From assembly GCA_037131145.1 (NCBI GenBank), contig JBAXRP010000003.1:1-61648 (forward strand): a DNA stretch of 61,648 nucleotides, read 5' to 3'. A program made the position numbers and the translations under genes. The stretch comes from Bacteroidota bacterium (GTDB taxonomy: Bacteria > Bacteroidota > Bacteroidia > Bacteroidales > FEN-979). The notes under the pieces are model-generated. The model had not been told where the DNA came from. It ran no database searches and saw only the letters and a list, made by a program, of their open reading frames with translations. The number at the start of each line of letters is the position of its first letter. The stretch's first letter is position 1. Of this stretch, positions 1 to 8,359 are shown one piece after another.

Positions 1-2004
1 GGAACGTTCCTTAATTTAAAGTTTAAATATAATGGAATAATCCCCGGGTTTGTCAACTTTATTGGAATGAGCCAGTTTACCAATAATTTTTACCAACCCA
101 TAAATGTGGGATTTTCAAATTCCACAATTTCTCCGGGTGTTGATTTGCCAAATGCAACTGTTACAATTGGAACAGTTACTGGTAATGTAAATGATTTTGT
201 TGAGATACCTATTGATATTATTAACGGTTATCCAAACCCATTATTGGGAGCTGCAACTATGTTTATTGGGTTTGACGAGTCTAAACTATCCTTTATTGGA
301 GCAGTGAATAATATTCACAATGCGACTGTCAATCTTACCGGTAATCAGATTGGTATTGCATGGGTCGATCCCAGTGGTGTAAACCTCACAGGCGTTTTCC
401 TTAAACTTAAATTTCAATATCATGGTGGTGGTGGTAATAGTTGTAGTTCGGAGGTTTATTTTAAAAATGATAATCTTACGATTCAGCCTTGTGAACTTGC
501 AAATAATCTTGCTGAATTTGTTCCTGGTAACTGGGTAAAAGGAGGTGTGAATCTTAGTTTGGCACAACCTGTTATTAATGGACCTCCAGCCCCACCGGCT
601 AACTCAACTGCTTATTATTCTACTGATATTGGCATGATTAACTATAACTGGATAGTTTCAGGGGGTATAATAGTTACAGGTAATGGAAGTAATTCTATTA
701 CTGTTGATTGGGGCGCGGTTGGACCAGGATCTATTTCTGTAGATTATAATAACGCTGGTGGATGTTACCTTACTTATACAAAGACAATTATGAAGTTATC
801 TGGTTCTCCAATAACAAATATTGAGGGTTATGTTACTTATGATAATTTGGCCTCACAAGGATTGAACGGTGTAAATATCACTTTGTTTAATTCTTTGGGT
901 GTTCAAGTTGGTATTCCCGTTTCAACATATACAAATGTAGGCAACGGATTTTATAGTTTTATTGGCGTACCTCAGGATGCTTATACGATTGTGGTAAATC
1001 CGTCAGCTCCGTGGGCTGGTACGCCTGGCGTTAGCGCTCTTGATGCTTTAATTGATGAACTTCAGACCGTCGGCTTATTTAATCCTCCCTTATCTGGAAT
1101 TAGGTTAGCCGCAGCCAATGTTGACGGAGGTTCTTCTGTTAATTCAACAGATGCTTTAAATATTAAAAAGCGCATCATTGGTGAAATTTCTTCATTTCCT
1201 GTCGGCGACTGGGTGTTTAATAACGGAATCATTAATGCTTTTAATAGTCCGGTTTCAAACTATAATTTTAAAGGGTTATGCACTGGCGATGTGAATGGTT
1301 CTTACAACTTGATTGCCAATAAATCTGCAACCGTTTTTGATATTGTAGAAGATGATATTCAGACAATTACTACTAATGAGTGGTTTACCTATAATATTAA
1401 AAGTGCTGTAAATTCACAACTTGGCGCTATGACTTTGTTCCTTGCTTATGATTATACCCGCTTTGAAATAGAGAAAGTAAATACGAACATGGTGGGTTTA
1501 AAATCATCAATAAAGAATGGTAATGTTGCCGTTGCATGGTCTAACCCTTCAGCAGGCTTGATTGGTGTCGGGGATGTGATTCTTTCTTTTCGTATTAAAG
1601 CAAGACAACCAATAACTAACCCTGGTTGTATTTTTACAATTATGGCAGAATCTGAATTGGCTGATCCTCTTGCAAACATTATAAATACGTTCAAGTTTCA
1701 AATGGCGAAGGTTATTAGTAACACGAACCAATTCAGTTTTACGACATCCCCAAATCCATTCCGCAATTCTACAAACATATTATTTTATCTTCCGGATGGA
1801 GGGAAAGCAAAATTTTCAATAACCAATCTTGTTGGCAGACAAATTTGTGTGCTCTTTGATGAAATAGTTTCTTCAGGGAATCATGTCGTTTTATTCGATG
1901 CAAATAAATTCAATTTAACCCCAGGCATTTATCTTGGAAAACTGGAGTTTGAATCGCTAAATGAAAAAATTTCTACGGTTAATAAACTAATATTAACAAA
2001 ATAA
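1..2004 (+). CDS. 5'-truncated secreted multi-cohesin / PKD-like / transthyretin-like / dockerin / cohesin protein with T9SS type A CTD
   Basis: Frame is open from base 1 (GTFLNLKFKY...), so the true start lies upstream. Cohesin motifs (GAATMFIGFDESKLSF...FLKLKF), dockerin-like NVDGGSSVNSTDAL, CTD SPNPFRNST...GIYLGKL...KLILTK. Confidence 0.8.
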   Translation, partial: GTFLNLKFKYNGIIPGFVNFIGMSQFTNNFYQPINVGFSNSTISPGVDLPNATVTIGTVTGNVNDFVEIPIDIINGYPNPLLGAATMFIGFDESKLSFIGAVNNIHNATVNLTGNQIGIAWVDPSGVNLTGVFLKLKFQYHGGGGNSCSSEVYFKNDNLTIQPCELANNLAEFVPGNWVKGGVNLSLAQPVINGPPAPPANSTAYYSTDIGMINYNWIVSGGIIVTGNGSNSITVDWGAVGPGSISVDYNNAGGCYLTYTKTIMKLSGSPITNIEGYVTYDNLASQGLNGVNITLFNSLGVQVGIPVSTYTNVGNGFYSFIGVPQDAYTIVVNPSAPWAGTPGVSALDALIDELQTVGLFNPPLSGIRLAAANVDGGSSVNSTDALNIKKRIIGEISSFPVGDWVFNNGIINAFNSPVSNYNFKGLCTGDVNGSYNLIANKSATVFDIVEDDIQTITTNEWFTYNIKSAVNSQLGAMTLFLAYDYTRFEIEKVNTNMVGLKSSIKNGNVAVAWSNPSAGLIGVGDVILSFRIKARQPITNPGCIFTIMAESELADPLANIINTFKFQMAKVISNTNQFSFTTSPNPFRNSTNILFYLPDGGKAKFSITNLVGRQICVLFDEIVSSGNHVVLFDANKFNLTPGIYLGKLEFESLNEKISTVNKLILTK

Positions 2005-2014
2005 CAGGAAAACA

Positions 2015-2048
2015 ATAATAGGGAGGCTTTATTGCCTCCTTATTTATT
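2015..2048 (+). terminator. Intrinsic terminator hairpin
   Basis: GGAGGC-tttatt-GCCTCC stem (2022-2039) flanked by A-rich and T-rich tracts, just after the stop at 2004. Confidence 0.65.
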
Positions 2049-2061
2049 TCAGAGCAGATGC

Positions 2062-3135
2062 ATGAATAGGCTATTAAATTGCTTTGCCTTAACTATTTGG
2101 AATATACTTTTTTTTGCCTTATTGGGGTTAAATCCTTGTGGAAGTAGTTTTGCTCAATCACCAATACTGTCATTAGGAAATATCGGAATTTGTAATTCTG
2201 AATCTTTAATAATGCCTTTAAATGGTAAGAATTTAGCAAATATTGGAGCAATGACATTGTTTATATATTTTGATGATGAAAAATTATTATTTCATTCATT
2301 GGAGAACATTAATCCGGTGATTATAGGATTGCAGTTTAATGTGTTAACTTATCCTTCATGTATTAGTATCGTGTGGAGCAATACCAAAGGAGTTAATTTT
2401 TATGATAGCAATTTACTAAACCTTAAGTTTGATGTTATAAACTCTTCTGGAAATATTAGATTTGCAATTGATAGTTGCGAGATTGCCGTCGCAAATATCC
2501 CGCCAGAGATTATTTCTGTGGAATATTCCAATGGATCATTTTATCCTGGAGATCCCATTATTACTGGAAATCCTGAAAATTTAACTGTTTTATATAATTC
2601 AAATGCTCATTTTAATTTAACTTCAACTGATGCTACAGGATATCTTTGGCAGGAGAGTGTAGATGGTGGAAGTTCCTGGATTGATTTACGGGATGGTGTT
2701 GCTTATTCTGGCACAACTGGTGCGGATTTAGCAATTTTGAATGTTCCTGCAACCTTCAACAATAACCGGTACCGTTGTGCTGTTACAAAGGCAAATTGTA
2801 GTCTTTATTCTGAGGATGCGCTGCTTTCAGTTGATTCGTTGTCGAGGATTAGTGAAATTGGTTATTCGGGAATGATAATTTATAATTTTCCTAATCCTTT
2901 TGCAGAAAGTACCCGATTATCTTATTATGTTCCGAAATCTGGAGAGGTTACTATCGAGTTCTTTACTGTAGCGTGTAATCGTTTAATTACAATTATTAAG
3001 GGATTTCACTTGCCAGGGCTGTACACCATTGAATTAAATTTAGTATATTTGCCCAATGGATTATACCTATGCAGATATAAATTGGAAACGAATCAAGTAA
3101 TGGGTTTAAAAAATTGTAAACTAACAAAGAATTGA
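2062..3135 (+). CDS. Secreted cohesin + Ig-like domain protein with T9SS CTD
   Basis: ATG 2062 preferred because TTG 2032 lies in the hairpin. Signal peptide, cohesin (IGAMTLFIYFDDEKL), Ig domain (YLWQESVDGGSSW...YRCAVT), CTD FPNPF...GLYLCR. Confidence 0.75.
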   Translation: MNRLLNCFALTIWNILFFALLGLNPCGSSFAQSPILSLGNIGICNSESLIMPLNGKNLANIGAMTLFIYFDDEKLLFHSLENINPVIIGLQFNVLTYPSCISIVWSNTKGVNFYDSNLLNLKFDVINSSGNIRFAIDSCEIAVANIPPEIISVEYSNGSFYPGDPIITGNPENLTVLYNSNAHFNLTSTDATGYLWQESVDGGSSWIDLRDGVAYSGTTGADLAILNVPATFNNNRYRCAVTKANCSLYSEDALLSVDSLSRISEIGYSGMIIYNFPNPFAESTRLSYYVPKSGEVTIEFFTVACNRLITIIKGFHLPGLYTIELNLVYLPNGLYLCRYKLETNQVMGLKNCKLTKN

Positions 3136-3199
3136 TAATTGTTTAAATTTGATATATTAATAAGTCCCTTTATAGTAATTAACGAAAATAATATCCACC

Positions 3200-5377
3200 A
3201 TGATGAGAAAAGGTACTTTAGTTATTCTGACGTTTTTGATCATTAGAGCGCTATCTTACGGACAATATACTGCAATGTTGCCGAACATGGTTGCAAGTCC
3301 TAATGAGAATATTGGAATGGATTTGAATGTAACAGGGTTGAATACTAATAACATTGCTTCAATTCAATTTTATATTCAGATTGATCCTGCGGTATTAACA
3401 TTTCAAAATGTAACAAATTTTCAACAAGCGGGTCTGATGGTGGGTTTCATTAATGGAAATACTATTACCATTGTTTGGACCAGCGGAAGTCCTAAAAACT
3501 TTCCTAATGGAAGACTATTAACCTTGAATTTTAAATACAATGGGTTGACAAGTCCTACATCCTTCATACCTTTGAATTGTGAAGTTGTTAAACTTGTTGG
3601 ATCTATACCTGTTATACTTACTGGAACTTTTACCAATGGGTCGGTAACTCCTTTTCCAGGTAATCAGGCAAAAGCGAAACTGGATAGTTTGTTATATGCA
3701 CCCTTGGGTTTAGATACAGTTTCTTTGAAATATACTGGTTTCATTGGAAATAATCTTTTACCTCTACCGGTTGGCGCGATTACCCAGCGAATTTCTTATG
3801 ATCAAGTAAAGCTTACTTTTGTTGGTGTAACTGGTATTGGAAATCTTGCTACTGGGTTTAATGTAAATGTTGCCACAGGAATTATTACTATAACTTGGAC
3901 GAGTATTGCAGGAAAGAATATTAATTATCCGGGTAATATGTTTAAAATTATTTTTAGTTATATAAATGCTTCTCCAGCAAACGTAAATTTTAGTACTGGA
4001 TGTGTAATAGAAACTACTTCGCCTGTTACAAATATTCCTGTATCCTATTTTAACGGGTGCGTTTTACCGCCACCGGTTGTAACATCTTATGCTTCTTTTG
4101 CAAATGTACCTGGAGGAATTCAGGGGCAAACAATAGATGTTCCGTTGAACTTTTTGAGTATGCCATCGAATACATCAAACTTTAATTTGAATATTTTATT
4201 TGATAGTCCAAGGTTATCTTTTGTTGGATTAGTGGGTACTCCCATTCAACCGGTAACTTACAATGTAAATGGAAACTTGATTTCAATAACGAATTCATAT
4301 CCACTAACACCTAATCCATCAATTAATGGTCAGTTTCTCAAATTGCGATTTGTTTATATGGGTGTGGGTACAGCAAATGTGAATTTTGCAAGCGGATGCC
4401 AATTTTCGAATGGCGCTCCAATCGGGGTAGGTTACACAAATGGTTCTGTTACGCCAGCGGTAGTTGTTGGCAATAATGCCACTATTGGGAATATTACCCC
4501 TTCCGCTCCAGGAGCGGTTTTAGTGCCGGTTACTTTAAGTGAAATGCCAATTAATGTTGGCGCTGTTACAATGTTCATTGGCTTCGATGCTTCTAAGCTT
4601 ATCTATACCGGCTGTACAGGAATAAATAACCCTTATGGCGCAAATGTTAATCTTAATGGCGGTATTATTAAAATTGCTTGGGCAAGCACTAATCCACCAA
4701 ATCTTAACGGCTCTCCTTTTGTCAATCTTCAATTTACTTATGTATGTGGTTCAGGAGCCTCAGGTAGCGCTGCCAGTGTGTATTTTACTGATAATGGTAT
4801 TAGCGAATATTGTCGGATTGATTCTTTATCAGGAAAAATTATTCCAACGAACTGGCATGATGGGGGTGTAAATTTAAATGTTACTTTCAAGATTAGCGGC
4901 ACATTAAAATATAACAGTGATCCAAATCCCCGAATCCCTTTAGTTGGATACACGGTAAAGTTATTAACTTTTGAAAATGTCTTGGTTTCATCAACAGTTA
5001 CTGATGGTTCCGGTTATTTTGAATTTTTTACGTCCAACGGAAGTTTTAAGCTTGGTGCAGCTCCTCCTTCATTATATAATTATTACTCTGACTTGGATGA
5101 CGTTTTAGCAATGTTACAATATACTGTCGGCGAACCTATCCCTTTTTTCAATGATTTACGTTTATTAGCTGGTGATGTAAACGAGAATGGTGACATAGAT
5201 CTTGATGACGTTGTTGATGTTCTTCAGCGAGGAGTTGGTGAAAAATTGCCTGATTATACTGCGCCTGACTGGGTTTTCAGCGTAAAACTTGTTAACTGTA
5301 GTTGTGCTGATGTTCCTAATCAAAATTTCATGGGATTAAACACAGGTAATGTTTTGGGAACCAATCCCACTCCGTAA
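3200..5377 (+). CDS. Scaffoldin-like protein: signal peptide, 4 cohesins, transthyretin-like domain, C-terminal dockerin-like domain; no T9SS CTD
   Basis: Four ~130-aa repeats with a (F/Y/I)DxxxLx(F/Y) core ending NGSV/NGCV/DGGV; dockerin GDVNENGDIDLDD. Confidence 0.8.
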   Translation: MMRKGTLVILTFLIIRALSYGQYTAMLPNMVASPNENIGMDLNVTGLNTNNIASIQFYIQIDPAVLTFQNVTNFQQAGLMVGFINGNTITIVWTSGSPKNFPNGRLLTLNFKYNGLTSPTSFIPLNCEVVKLVGSIPVILTGTFTNGSVTPFPGNQAKAKLDSLLYAPLGLDTVSLKYTGFIGNNLLPLPVGAITQRISYDQVKLTFVGVTGIGNLATGFNVNVATGIITITWTSIAGKNINYPGNMFKIIFSYINASPANVNFSTGCVIETTSPVTNIPVSYFNGCVLPPPVVTSYASFANVPGGIQGQTIDVPLNFLSMPSNTSNFNLNILFDSPRLSFVGLVGTPIQPVTYNVNGNLISITNSYPLTPNPSINGQFLKLRFVYMGVGTANVNFASGCQFSNGAPIGVGYTNGSVTPAVVVGNNATIGNITPSAPGAVLVPVTLSEMPINVGAVTMFIGFDASKLIYTGCTGINNPYGANVNLNGGIIKIAWASTNPPNLNGSPFVNLQFTYVCGSGASGSAASVYFTDNGISEYCRIDSLSGKIIPTNWHDGGVNLNVTFKISGTLKYNSDPNPRIPLVGYTVKLLTFENVLVSSTVTDGSGYFEFFTSNGSFKLGAAPPSLYNYYSDLDDVLAMLQYTVGEPIPFFNDLRLLAGDVNENGDIDLDDVVDVLQRGVGEKLPDYTAPDWVFSVKLVNCSCADVPNQNFMGLNTGNVLGTNPTP

Positions 5378-5415
5378 TTCATTTTCGATTTGTTATATAT
5401 AAATTCGATACAATT

Positions 5416-7467
5416 ATGAAAAACAAATTCAAATATTTTAGGAATACAACGATTATTTTATTCATGTTAGTTGTATCTCAGATTGTTATTGGTCAGGCTC
5501 CTGTTGCAACAATTAACTATAACGCTACAGGTTTGGTTCCTGGGTCAACAATATCAGTACCACTGACTTTGACCGGTACTCAGGTTGGAAATTTATCTTT
5601 CGTGATTTCATATGACAGGGATATTCTAACTTATGTTGATTATACAACAACTTTACCGTTAGGAGCCGTTGGGAACAACTTTTCTTATTTAGGTCAATTG
5701 TATTTGAGGGCGGCTTCTGTTAGTGCTAGCGGGGTAACTTATACGAATCAGACAATATTCACTTTCAACTTTATTTACAATGGAGGTTCAACAAACATTA
5801 GTTTTTTTAACATTGCTACTGCTACAAATCAAACTGCTAATTGGTTTACGTATATAAAAGCGAATCCGTATAATATTATAAATCTGGCATCTGTTTTCAA
5901 TAATGGATCAGCAAGTGGCGAGTATGATACTCTTACATCTGTTACTGGTGGCGGCAATTGGAGTAATCCGACAACGTGGCAGGAAAATTATCCTTCAGGG
6001 TTAAAAAAACCGACCCGGGCGTGTAACGTGATTATTACTGCAAATGAGGTTGTTGACACTACAACAGTTTCATTAGGCAGATGTAATAACCTTACAATTA
6101 ATAATGGTGGCAAACTAACTTTGCCTTTCGGTAAATCGTTAACCGTTAATGGATCTTTTACCATCGAATCAGGTGGCTCTTTTGTTGATCAAAATCAATC
6201 AAGCGCTTTTTCTGCAACTGTGAAAAGAGCTATTACCGGTAATTATGCTGGTGGTGGAAATCCTTTGCCCACAACAATATGGCACTATGTTTCGGCTCCT
6301 ACCTCAAATGCTACAATTGGTACATTTCTTGGCTGTTTATTGAATAAATGGACAGAAAATTCTGCAGGTGGAACATGGGATACACTTTGTCTCCCGCTAA
6401 CTTTACCATTAGAGGTAGGGCGAGGATATTCTGTGGCGGCCTACAGTAATTTTGGCAATGCGGTTTTTTCTGGACCCCTTAATACCGGAAATCTGACCAT
6501 AAGCGGTTTAACTAACTCTAATCCAAACCCAGGTACAGGAAACGGTTATTATGGGTACCATCTTTTAGGAAACCCATATCCCAGCGCTTTTAAATGGGAT
6601 AATGCCATTGTTTTGGCACCACCTCAGGTTGATGGCGCTGTATATCTATGGAATGGGTATAATTATATTTCAAAAACACAGGCTATGGGTTATCAAATTC
6701 AAGCTGAACAAGGTTTCTTTTTTCATGTGAATGCCTCGGGTGGTTCTGTTACTATTCCAAATGGAAATCGGGTTCATTCCGATAGCTCTTATTTGAAAAG
6801 TAGTATCGAAAACCAACTAACACTTACTGTTAATGGAAATGAATATGTGGATGAAACTTCTGTGATATTTAATGATCAAGCCACTCCGGGGTTCGATGGA
6901 GAATATGACGCGTATAAATTATTTGGTATATATAATTGTCCTCAGATATTTTCAATTCTTTCTGATAATATTTTATCAATTAATACATTACCAGATATGA
7001 TTTCTCAACCTGTTGTTCAAATTGGTTTTAAATCAGGTACTACCGGTTCATTTACACTTAATACCTCTGGCATTGAAACGTTTGCATCAGGGACTGATCT
7101 CTACCTGACAGACCTGCTAACAGGGAAGGTTCAAAACTTAACCTCTAATCCGGTTTATATATTTAACTCTGCACCGGGTAATACTGAACATAGGTTTGAT
7201 TTGCATTTTGCACCGGTGGGGATGAATGAAACAGGTAATAATGTTAAATTGAAAATCTACTCTTTTGATAATAATGTATTTGTCAATATTCAGGATGATT
7301 TACAAGGTAGCATTATCATTTATGATTTGCTTGGAATGGAAATTGTGAAAAAAGCAATAGAATCCAAAACTTTGAATAAAGTCGAAATTAGTTCACCTGG
7401 AGGATATTACCTTGTAAAAGTCATAACAGATAAAATATCTGCAACTGAAAAGGTATTTATCCGATAA
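5416..7467 (+). CDS. Secreted protein with N-terminal cohesin, GNW/LGNPYPS-type region and T9SS CTD
   Basis: Signal peptide; ISVPLTLTG...ISYDRDILTY cohesin; WHYVSAP, LLGNPYPS and FDGEYDAYK motifs; CTD IYDLLG...GYYLVKV...KVFIR. Confidence 0.8.
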   Translation: MKNKFKYFRNTTIILFMLVVSQIVIGQAPVATINYNATGLVPGSTISVPLTLTGTQVGNLSFVISYDRDILTYVDYTTTLPLGAVGNNFSYLGQLYLRAASVSASGVTYTNQTIFTFNFIYNGGSTNISFFNIATATNQTANWFTYIKANPYNIINLASVFNNGSASGEYDTLTSVTGGGNWSNPTTWQENYPSGLKKPTRACNVIITANEVVDTTTVSLGRCNNLTINNGGKLTLPFGKSLTVNGSFTIESGGSFVDQNQSSAFSATVKRAITGNYAGGGNPLPTTIWHYVSAPTSNATIGTFLGCLLNKWTENSAGGTWDTLCLPLTLPLEVGRGYSVAAYSNFGNAVFSGPLNTGNLTISGLTNSNPNPGTGNGYYGYHLLGNPYPSAFKWDNAIVLAPPQVDGAVYLWNGYNYISKTQAMGYQIQAEQGFFFHVNASGGSVTIPNGNRVHSDSSYLKSSIENQLTLTVNGNEYVDETSVIFNDQATPGFDGEYDAYKLFGIYNCPQIFSILSDNILSINTLPDMISQPVVQIGFKSGTTGSFTLNTSGIETFASGTDLYLTDLLTGKVQNLTSNPVYIFNSAPGNTEHRFDLHFAPVGMNETGNNVKLKIYSFDNNVFVNIQDDLQGSIIIYDLLGMEIVKKAIESKTLNKVEISSPGGYYLVKVITDKISATEKVFIR

Positions 7468-7503
7468 TCAAATACATAAGCTGACAATTAAAATCTACAG
7501 AAT

Positions 7504-7758
7504 ATGAAAAAAATACTGACTTATTTTGTTATCGTCTTTTTGATTTCTCTTTCCTTTTTTAGTATTGCCGATAATCCGGGACCTCCTCCTCCTCCTGGCG
7601 GCGGCGGGCCAGGAGGTGGTGGAACACCGGTAGGCGCACCTATTGATGGAGGAATAGGGATCCTTCTGGCGCTTGGTTTGGGATACGGAGGCATGAAACT
7701 ATTTCAGTCCAGAAAAGATAAGGATTTTGATTCAGAAATAGAAAAGATAGAAGAATAG
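7504..7758 (+). CDS. Small Pro/Gly-rich PID-CTERM sorting-domain protein
   Basis: Signal peptide, PPPPPGGGGPGGGG linker, APIDGG followed by a hydrophobic helix and basic residues. Confidence 0.8.
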   Translation: MKKILTYFVIVFLISLSFFSIADNPGPPPPPGGGGPGGGGTPVGAPIDGGIGILLALGLGYGGMKLFQSRKDKDFDSEIEKIEE

Positions 7759-7832
7759 TCGTCGTTTTCTTGTTACTAGGATTATGGTTTACCTATCAGT
7801 ATGATTATAAATATTCTTTCTGTGATTCTCAG

Positions 7833-7867
7833 AATTGACCTTATTGTTGTTTTCAATAAGGTCAATT
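7833..7867. repeat. Perfect 14-bp inverted repeat (terminator or operator)
   Basis: AATTGACCTTATTG-ttgtttt-CAATAAGGTCAATT. Confidence 0.75.
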
Positions 7868-7910
7868 AATAAATAAACTATTCACAATATTTACAATTAA
7901 TTTTTTGGTT

Positions 7911-8342
7911 ATGAAGAAAATATTTGCTATATCGGCATTTTTGTTTATGGGGTTTTTTGGATATTCACAAGAGTTAAAACCTGAAATGGTTCCACAAAAA
8001 ATATTGGACAGGTTTCATCACGCATTTCCTCAATCTGTTGATCTTCCTGTGTCTTGGGTGAAAGAGAAAGGTGATTATAAAGCTACTCTCACAATTATGG
8101 ATGCTCCAGCGATAATGGTTATTGATTCACTTGGGAAAACCAAACGAATTGAAAGAAAAATCAATGAAATTTATTTGCCAAAAAATGCAAAAGATTATTT
8201 AAAAAATTTAGATTCTAATTATCAGGTTATTACAGTTACAAAGATTGTTGATGAAAAGGACAAGGTAACTTATAACACCACTGCGAAGATAAAGACCAAT
8301 TTCACTTTCGACGATAAAGGAAAAATTTCTAATCCAAAATAA
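7911..8342 (+). CDS. Exported PepSY-like/BLIP-like small protein
   Basis: Signal peptide MKKIFAISAF; VPQKILDRF..FP and LPKNAKDYL repeats typical of PepSY_like proteins. Confidence 0.55.
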   Translation: MKKIFAISAFLFMGFFGYSQELKPEMVPQKILDRFHHAFPQSVDLPVSWVKEKGDYKATLTIMDAPAIMVIDSLGKTKRIERKINEIYLPKNAKDYLKNLDSNYQVITVTKIVDEKDKVTYNTTAKIKTNFTFDDKGKISNPK

Positions 8343-8359
8343 GAACAGTTTCATCATTC

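Noticed and set aside
1-7467. True cellulosome
   Set aside because: No glycoside hydrolase or CBM3 domains and no dockerin-bearing enzymes are visible
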